Assembly: GCA_038231275.1 (NCBI GenBank)
Contig: JBBRLQ010000009.1
Location: forward strand, 96,001-160,000
Direction of reading: 5' to 3'
DNA: 64,000 nucleotides
Origin: Polyangiales bacterium
GTDB taxonomy: Bacteria > Myxococcota_A > Polyangia > Polyangiales > Polyangiaceae
Below the pieces are notes generated by a model, which saw nothing but the letters and a program-made list of their open reading frames with translations, was not told the DNA's origin and did not search any database. Positions 57,958 to 64,000 of the stretch are shown piece by piece (within the stretch, counting starts at the first letter, position 1; each line of letters opens with the position of its first letter). The translations under genes and the position numbers were made by a program.

Positions 57958-59184
57958 ATGAGCCCCGCAAAAAAAGCGGCGAAGGAAAAGAAGAAGAGCG
58001 CGAATCCCAAGCCCAAGCCCGGGCCGAAACCCAAGCCCACGGCGAAGGCCTCGAAGAAGACCTCGCCGCTCGCGTTGTCCAAGGGGGACGCGCCGCCCAA
58101 GGACGTCACCCGCGATCTCTTCCTCGTCTGGCGCGCGCCGCGCATCGGCATGGCCAATCCGCAGCGGCTCACCAATGCGGCGTGGACATGGCTCGCGCGC
58201 CACAAGGAGATGAACGCGTACGTGGCGAACGCGCACTTCGCCGGGCCGAGCTCGATGGCGGTGGGACCGTGCTTCTGCGCGAACCGCTTCGGTCAGAGCA
58301 TCACCGACCTGCCCGACGGCCGCGTCTTTGCCATTGCGGGCGAGCACGAGGACTACTACGACCCCGACTTCTTCATCTACAACGACGTCATCGTCACGGA
58401 CGCCGCGGGGCGCGTGGAGATCTTCGGCTATCCGCGCGAGGTCTTTCCCCCGACCGATTTCCACACCGCCACGCTCGTCGGAAATCGCATCATCGTGATC
58501 GGGTGCCTGGGGTACCCGTCGCAGCGCGATCCTGGCACAACGCCGGTCTTTGCCGTCGACACGACCACGCTCGCGATCACGCGGCTCACGACGACCGGAA
58601 TGCTGCCCGGGCGAATCTTCAACCACGAGGCCGAGCTCGCGGCGGACGCGCGCACGATCGTGATCCGCAAGGGCGAGCGCGCGATGCTCGTGCACGGGGC
58701 CGAAAAGATCTGCGACAACCACGACGACTGGTCCCTCGATCTCGAGACCCTGACGTGGAGACGGCTGACCGAGCGCCGGTGGCCGGTGTGGGAGCTCGCG
58801 CGCGCGGACGGCGAGCGCAACCACCTCTGGGAGATCGAGGGAATGTCGTGGCACGCGGACGGCAAGACCCCGTTCGATCGCGCGCAATTCGCTGCGCACC
58901 GAAAGGCGCTCGGCCGCGTCCCTGACCTCGATGTCTTCGCGACGCGCTTTTCACCGCCCATCGCGCACACCAAGGTCGAGGACGCGGAGGCGCGGCACGA
59001 CACCACGACCATCGAGGCCGCGGGCATGCTCGTTCGCTATCGGCAGGAGTCGCGATGCGTGCGCATCACCGTGTGCGGCCGCCTCCCGGAGGAGACGGTC
59101 GCAACACTGGTGGACGACGCGCGGCGGAAGCTCGAGGTGCTCGAGCAGTTCGCCTACGAAGCGCGCCTCGTGCCGGCATTCTGA
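57958..59184 (+). CDS. Hypothetical protein with Kelch-like beta repeats
   Basis: Lys-rich N-tail; RFGQSITDLPDGR..IAGEHEDYYDPDFFIYND, FPPTDFHTATL. Confidence 0.7.
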   Translation: MSPAKKAAKEKKKSANPKPKPGPKPKPTAKASKKTSPLALSKGDAPPKDVTRDLFLVWRAPRIGMANPQRLTNAAWTWLARHKEMNAYVANAHFAGPSSMAVGPCFCANRFGQSITDLPDGRVFAIAGEHEDYYDPDFFIYNDVIVTDAAGRVEIFGYPREVFPPTDFHTATLVGNRIIVIGCLGYPSQRDPGTTPVFAVDTTTLAITRLTTTGMLPGRIFNHEAELAADARTIVIRKGERAMLVHGAEKICDNHDDWSLDLETLTWRRLTERRWPVWELARADGERNHLWEIEGMSWHADGKTPFDRAQFAAHRKALGRVPDLDVFATRFSPPIAHTKVEDAEARHDTTTIEAAGMLVRYRQESRCVRITVCGRLPEETVATLVDDARRKLEVLEQFAYEARLVPAF

Positions 59185-61970
59185 CGACGACGACGGCGGA
59201 GCGCGCCGAGCATCGCCAAGCCGCCGAAGCCCACGAACGCCCACGACGGGGTCCGCTTCGCGTCGACCGTGCGGCAGCCGCAGCCGCCGCTGTCGCCCGT
59301 GCCGCCGCTTCCGCCGTCGGCCGCCGCGTCCGAGCCAGGGTTCCCGGAGTCGCGTCCGCTGCCCGAATCGGTGCCGCCGCTGCTTCCGGAGTCGGCGGTG
59401 GAACCGGAGTCGTCACCGGAGCCGGAGTCGACGCCGCCGCTGCTCCCGGAGTCGTTGCCGGAGCCGGAGTCGTTGCCGGACCCCGAGTCTTTCCCGGCGT
59501 CGGCGCCCGAGTCGGAGCCCGCGTCGGAACCGGCGTCGGAACCGGCGTCGGGACCGGCGTCGGTGCCTCCGCCGCCGCAGACGTTCGCGGTGCCGCCGCC
59601 GCCGCAGGTCTGCGGTGCGGCGCACGCGGCGCCGCACGAGACGGTCCCTCCGCAGCCGTTGGGGATGGTCCCGCAGTTGTCGGGGGCGGGGCAGGTGGTG
59701 ATGGGCGTACAGCCGCAGACGTTCGCGGTGCCTCCGCCGCCGCAGGTCTGCGGTGCGGTGCACGCGGCGCCGCACGAGACCGTGCCGCCGCAGCCGTCAG
59801 GGATGGTCCCGCAGTTGTCGGGGGCAGGGCAGGTCGTGATCGGAACGCAGCCCGTGACCGACACGGTCGCCGTCGCGGCGTGGACTGCTGACGGGGCCTT
59901 GCCGATGACCGTGAAGGTCACCGGGCTCGCGGTCACCGGGGCGCCAGCCGCGGCCGTCAGGGTCAACGTCGAGGTCGCCCCGGCCGTCACGCTCGCAGGC
60001 AGGAACGCGCCGGCCACACCGGTCGGCAAATCCTGCACGTTGAGCGCGATGCTCTCGGCGACACCTTTGGTCGACGCCGTGGTCACCGTGAACGTGGTCG
60101 TCGCGCCCGGGGCGACGGTGCGGCTCGCGGGCGACAGCGAGATCGAGAAGTCGTTCGCGCCGCAGTTCGGGAACTTCGTGCTCGCGATGAACGTCCTCCA
60201 GTTCGAGGCGCTGTTCACCTGGTAGAGCTCCTGCGTGTACCAGAAGGTGCAGTCGTCGACCGGATCGACGGTCATGTTGCTGTAGTCGCCCCAGCGGCCC
60301 TGGGTCTGGTTGCCCGCGCCGGTGTCGATGACCGCTTCGGACTGGCCCATCGTTCCCGCGGGATCCGCCGCGGTGCGACCGGTCCACGCGATCGACGGGT
60401 TCGTCGTCGCGCTCGAGATCGAGTAGCCGAGCGCCATGTCTTGCGCCATGTCCTGCGCGAGGCTGCCCATCCAGCGCCAGTTCGCGTCGCTCGGCGCGTA
60501 GGTGCCTTGCTGGAAGAGGGTCGGAGTGCCGGCAGGCAACCGGATCTCGTACCAGCGGATGCCGCCAGTCGCGCCCGCCACGACCGAGTGATTGACCATC
60601 AACGCCTGATGCGTCCCGAAGTTGCGGTAGGTGAACCGGAACATCAGGCGGTCATCGAGCCCCGCGATCTTGGCGTTGCTCTTCTCGGGGACGCAGTCGG
60701 CGCCTTGGGTCGAGTAACAGGTGGGGGTGAAGTTCGCGACTTGGAGCGCGGTCGGGCCGGTGAGCTTGCTGTTCGACGGCGTCGTCCAATCCAGCTTGAG
60801 CGACCAGAGGTCCACCTGGTTGTAGGTTGGGCCGCACTGGCTGTAGTCGAACTGCATGAACCAGCCGGGCGCGCCGACCGGCGGGTGAATCTTGCCATCG
60901 AGGCTGATCGGCAGCGCGCCGCCAATCTGGAAGGGTTCGACCGGAGGCGGTCCGCCGTCCGTCGGGCACGCGGTCACCGCGGGGAACGGCTGGACGAAGC
61001 ACTGCTGCGCGGCCGGCTGGCCCGACAGCATCTTCACGCGATCGTAGGCGCAGAAGTCCGCGCCCTTGAAGTCGTAGCTCCCGGCGTTCGAGTCGAAGAT
61101 GTTAAACGTCGCGTAGTAGCCGTCCGGCCAGATGCCGAACTTGCCGTAGTCGTTGATCGAGTAGTTGTATTTGAAGTCGTAGAGCCAGTAGGCGCCGGTC
61201 GGGTCGGCGGTCTTCGAGACGGCGATGCACTGGTAGGACGGGCCGCCCGCCGTGTTGGCCCCGGGCAGCGAGAACTGGGTGATGAACCAGCGATCGGCGA
61301 GCTGGTCATAGACGACCACTGGATCGCCGTCGTTGTTCGTTCCGCAGCCGTTGCCGGCGTTGGTGCCGACGTAGCCGGTCCAGAGGTTGACGAGCGGTTT
61401 GCCCGCCGCGGCGACGGTGCCGTTCTTGTTCCAGATCTCGAGGTTCGTGTTGACGGTCTGGACGAAGTGGTTCGGGCCGACGGCGCCGTTGGTGTCCGGG
61501 GGATAGCCGCCGAACGCGGTGCCGCTTTGCCCCGAGAAGTTCAGGAGGGTCGCCGGCATGCTCGAGATCGGGACCTCGGTCTGGGCGATCGGGTCGACGG
61601 TCAGGCCGTGGAGCGGGAGGTACGTGCGCGGCGCCTTGAGCGGCCGGTGCTCGCGCCCCTCGTCCTCCTCCTCCCTGACCGGCACACTCGGTGCGGTCGC
61701 GAACGGCACCGAGCTCTCGGCGTGGGAGACTTGGATCGAAGGGTTCCCCTGCACCGCAGATCGCGACGTGTCGGCCGGTCCATAGCTCGGCGACCGCTCG
61801 CTCACCGCGCCGCGCGTCGGCGCCGTGGTCGCTACGCGATCTGCCTCCTGCGTCTTCCCGACGTCCGGCCCGTTCCCCTGCGAGCATGCAGCGGCCACCG
61901 ACACGACACCCAGCGCCACGAGCGCGAGCGCCCGACCTTTGGTCCCCGCCACGAACGAAAATCTACTCAC
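59154..61970 (-). CDS. Large secreted lipoprotein with Ig-like domain, Cys-rich repeats, DSG linker and MYXO-CTERM-like anchor
   Basis: Lipobox AAAC; PPDTNGAVGPNH, GDPVVVYD, DYGK, RWGDYS; GCGC-TM-RRRRR tail. Confidence 0.85.
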   Translation of the reverse strand: MSRFSFVAGTKGRALALVALGVVSVAAACSQGNGPDVGKTQEADRVATTAPTRGAVSERSPSYGPADTSRSAVQGNPSIQVSHAESSVPFATAPSVPVREEEDEGREHRPLKAPRTYLPLHGLTVDPIAQTEVPISSMPATLLNFSGQSGTAFGGYPPDTNGAVGPNHFVQTVNTNLEIWNKNGTVAAAGKPLVNLWTGYVGTNAGNGCGTNNDGDPVVVYDQLADRWFITQFSLPGANTAGGPSYQCIAVSKTADPTGAYWLYDFKYNYSINDYGKFGIWPDGYYATFNIFDSNAGSYDFKGADFCAYDRVKMLSGQPAAQQCFVQPFPAVTACPTDGGPPPVEPFQIGGALPISLDGKIHPPVGAPGWFMQFDYSQCGPTYNQVDLWSLKLDWTTPSNSKLTGPTALQVANFTPTCYSTQGADCVPEKSNAKIAGLDDRLMFRFTYRNFGTHQALMVNHSVVAGATGGIRWYEIRLPAGTPTLFQQGTYAPSDANWRWMGSLAQDMAQDMALGYSISSATTNPSIAWTGRTAADPAGTMGQSEAVIDTGAGNQTQGRWGDYSNMTVDPVDDCTFWYTQELYQVNSASNWRTFIASTKFPNCGANDFSISLSPASRTVAPGATTTFTVTTASTKGVAESIALNVQDLPTGVAGAFLPASVTAGATSTLTLTAAAGAPVTASPVTFTVIGKAPSAVHAATATVSVTGCVPITTCPAPDNCGTIPDGCGGTVSCGAACTAPQTCGGGGTANVCGCTPITTCPAPDNCGTIPNGCGGTVSCGAACAAPQTCGGGGTANVCGGGGTDAGPDAGSDAGSDAGSDSGADAGKDSGSGNDSGSGNDSGSSGGVDSGSGDDSGSTADSGSSGGTDSGSGRDSGNPGSDAAADGGSGGTGDSGGCGCRTVDAKRTPSWAFVGFGGLAMLGALRRRRRQNAGTRRAS
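59577..59852 (-). repeat. Two near-identical 138-bp tandem repeats (46-aa Cys-rich unit)
   Basis: GC.PITTCPAPDNCGTIP.GCGGTVSCGAAC.APQTCGGGGTANVC twice; CCGCAGACGTTCGCGGTGCC at 59575 and 59713. Confidence 0.9.
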
Positions 61971-62061
61971 GATGAACCTCTTGGGAAGACGCGGCCAACT
62001 CCCGCGCGCGCGTACTCTGCAGCAACCCCACCTCAACCGCAACGCCCCCGCCCATCTCCCC

Positions 62062-62217
62062 CCCCAAAATTCCCCTATTTCCCTGCCCATGCTTGCTCGC
62101 CCCCCGTCGCCCCCCGTCGCCCCCCTCGCGCCCTGCGCGAGTGCGCCAAAGGCGCCGCAGGGGAGGCTCGCCGCCCTCCGGCGGCGAGGGGGCACGCAGT
62201 GCCCCACCAAACAAAGG
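62062..62217 (-). repeat. Structured intergenic element, copy 2 (three hairpins)
   Basis: Reverse complement is collinear with 43041-43170, with compensatory stem changes. Confidence 0.75.
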
Positions 62218-62225
62218 AAACCCCA

Positions 62226-62274
62226 CCCGCTGCATGGGTTCGTTCGCAAAGGCGAACGAACCCCATGCAGCGGG
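62226..62274. other. 22-bp near-perfect inverted repeat
   Basis: CCCGCTGCATGGGTTCGTTCGC-AAAG-GCGAACGAACCCCATGCAGCGGG (one bulged C). Confidence 0.8.
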
Positions 62275-62403
62275 ATGGAGTGCGATGGAGTGCGAGCCAG
62301 TGCGAGCAAAATGAGCCCACAGATCGACAAACGAAATTAACTTTGGTTGAAGTGGTGGCTCGTCCGCCGCGCACGATCGCACGGCGGACTTGGATCGGAC
62401 TCG

Positions 62404-64000
62404 ATGCTGCAAGGGATCTCCGCTTCTCACGCGACGTCGCGTGGACCTTTCGTTCCTCACATTCGCCTCTTCGCCGAGCCGGTGCTCGTCGCGAGCAGGA
62501 GTGGCCTCTCGAACGACTACGACGAGATGGTCGCGCCGCTGATCGAGCTCTCGTTCGACTACGGCGGCACCCGCGTCCGCGCGAGCGACGAGCGTCAGCG
62601 CATCTTCAAGCCGGAGGGCGGCTCGCTCGTCCACGTCGATCGCGACGCGGCGGGGGAGGCTGGCGCCCGGCGGCTCCTCGAGCGCCTCGGCGCGCTGGAG
62701 CTCGCGTGCTTCGACGATCTCGCGGCGCCGCCCGGCTGCGACGCCGAGTACGTGGTGCGCATCGACGCCGGTTCGCACGCGTTCTGCGCGTTCACGACGC
62801 ACGCGCTCCCTCAGCTGCGCGCGGCAGGATTCCAGATCGACATCGATCCCGAGTTCCCGTTCCGCGTCGCGCCCGCCGACGCGCCGTGGTTCGCGAAGGT
62901 CTCCCCCGACGACGAGCTCCCCGGCTGGTTCAGCCTGGAGCTCGGCATCGAGGTCGACGGCGTGCAGGTCGATCTTCTCCCCCTGATCGTCGAGCTCCTC
63001 GACGATGCCGACGAGGCCGACGGCCTGCGTGCGCTCTCCCGTCGCTTCCGCTCGTCGTACGCGCTCAAAGTCGACGCCACGCACCACGTCAGCGTCACAC
63101 CCGACCGCCTGCGGGCGCTCCTCCACGTTGTCATCGAGCTCTATCAAGGCATCAAGCAGAAGAAGCACGCGAAGGCCGCGAAGATCTCGTTCCCCGCCGT
63201 GCGTGCGTCGGCGCTCGCCAAGCTCGACGCCGCGTTCAAGAGCCAGGGCACGCCGCTCGCGTGGCAAGACCCCGCGCGCCTCACCGATCGCGCGCGCGCG
63301 CTCACGTCGCGTCCTGCCGCCGCGCCGCCGCCCGCCCTGCTTCAGGCCACGCTGCGCCCCTACCAGGCCGAGGGGGTCGCGTTTCTCCAGCACCTCGTAG
63401 ACGAGGAGGTGGGCGGCGTGCTCGCCGACGACATGGGGCTCGGCAAGACGCTCCAGACGATCGCGCACCTCGTCACCGAGAAGGCGGCGGGTCGCCTCAC
63501 GTCACCGGCGCTGATCGTCGCGCCCACGAGCCTCGTCGGCAATTGGGCGCGCGAGCTCGAACGCTTCGCGCCGCACCTCACGGTCACGATCCTCCACGGC
63601 ACCGCCCGCCACGGAAGGCGCGCGCACATCGCAGAGAGCGACGTCGTCATCACCACCTACCCGCTGCTCGTACGCGACGAGGATCTCTTCGCCGGCAACA
63701 CGTTCCACATCCTCGTCATGGACGAGGCGCAGGCGATCAAGAACACGCGCAGCCAGGTGCACCGCGCGATCAAGGGCGTGCCGGCGAAGCACCGCCTGGC
63801 GCTGAGCGGCACTCCTGTCGAAAATAACCTGAGCGAGCTCTGGGCGCTCTTCGACGTCTTGAACCCTGGCCTCCTCGGCGACGAGCTCGCGTTCGTGCGC
63901 TGGTACCGAAAGCCGATCGAGCAGCTCCGCGACGAAGAGCGCCTCACCGCGCTGCGCGATCTCGTCGCGCCCTACATCTTGCGCCGCGTGAAGCGCGACG
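62404..64000 (+). CDS. SNF2-family helicase/ATPase (3' end runs off window)
   Basis: Manual translation of frame 1: LRPYQ.EG, LADDMGLGKT, DEAQAIKN, LSGTPVENNL.ELW, ILRR.K; start approximate. Confidence 0.92.
   Translation, partial: MLQGISASHATSRGPFVPHIRLFAEPVLVASRSGLSNDYDEMVAPLIELSFDYGGTRVRASDERQRIFKPEGGSLVHVDRDAAGEAGARRLLERLGALELACFDDLAAPPGCDAEYVVRIDAGSHAFCAFTTHALPQLRAAGFQIDIDPEFPFRVAPADAPWFAKVSPDDELPGWFSLELGIEVDGVQVDLLPLIVELLDDADEADGLRALSRRFRSSYALKVDATHHVSVTPDRLRALLHVVIELYQGIKQKKHAKAAKISFPAVRASALAKLDAAFKSQGTPLAWQDPARLTDRARALTSRPAAAPPPALLQATLRPYQAEGVAFLQHLVDEEVGGVLADDMGLGKTLQTIAHLVTEKAAGRLTSPALIVAPTSLVGNWARELERFAPHLTVTILHGTARHGRRAHIAESDVVITTYPLLVRDEDLFAGNTFHILVMDEAQAIKNTRSQVHRAIKGVPAKHRLALSGTPVENNLSELWALFDVLNPGLLGDELAFVRWYRKPIEQLRDEERLTALRDLVAPYILRRVKRD

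Noticed and set aside
62404..64000. SNF2 helicase as part of a defence island
   Set aside because: No methylase, nuclease or other defence genes adjacent within the window; gene is truncated by the window edge
1..64000. tRNA, rRNA, transposase, integrase or CRISPR features
   Set aside because: None recognised by eye; tRNAscan-SE, Infernal and ISEScan would be needed to exclude them formally

Overview
Very GC-rich, gene-dense bacterial chromosome segment. The gene content (many Ser/Thr kinases, FHA proteins, Cys-rich lipoproteins, MYXO-CTERM-like tails) points to a myxobacterium, probably Polyangiales; this is an inference. About 46 real CDSs can be supported, and most long ORFs in the six-frame track are antisense or off-frame shadows. 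Housekeeping genes are glnS (partial), pgi, an M18 aminopeptidase, a UDG-family glycosylase, a POT transporter and an SNF2 helicase (partial), set among many signalling genes. Highlights: (1) a translationally coupled four-gene MoxR-ATPase / small protein / vWA-like / large beta-propeller operon resembling the MoxR-vWA-beta-propeller ternary conflict systems, with an apparently intact PP2C phosphatase inserted in its largest subunit; (2) two intergenic copies (43.0 kb + and 62.1 kb -) of a three-hairpin element with conserved loops and compensatory stem changes; (3) a candidate porin / 13-heme cytochrome / heme-lipoprotein conduit; (4) a divergent kinase-sigma54 activator module facing a sigma54 promoter upstream of a disulfide-hairpin lipoprotein and a protease; (5) a doubly collapsed two-gene remnant next to glnS. 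No rRNA, tRNA, CRISPR array or transposase was seen. All family assignments are from motif recognition by eye; no database searches were run.
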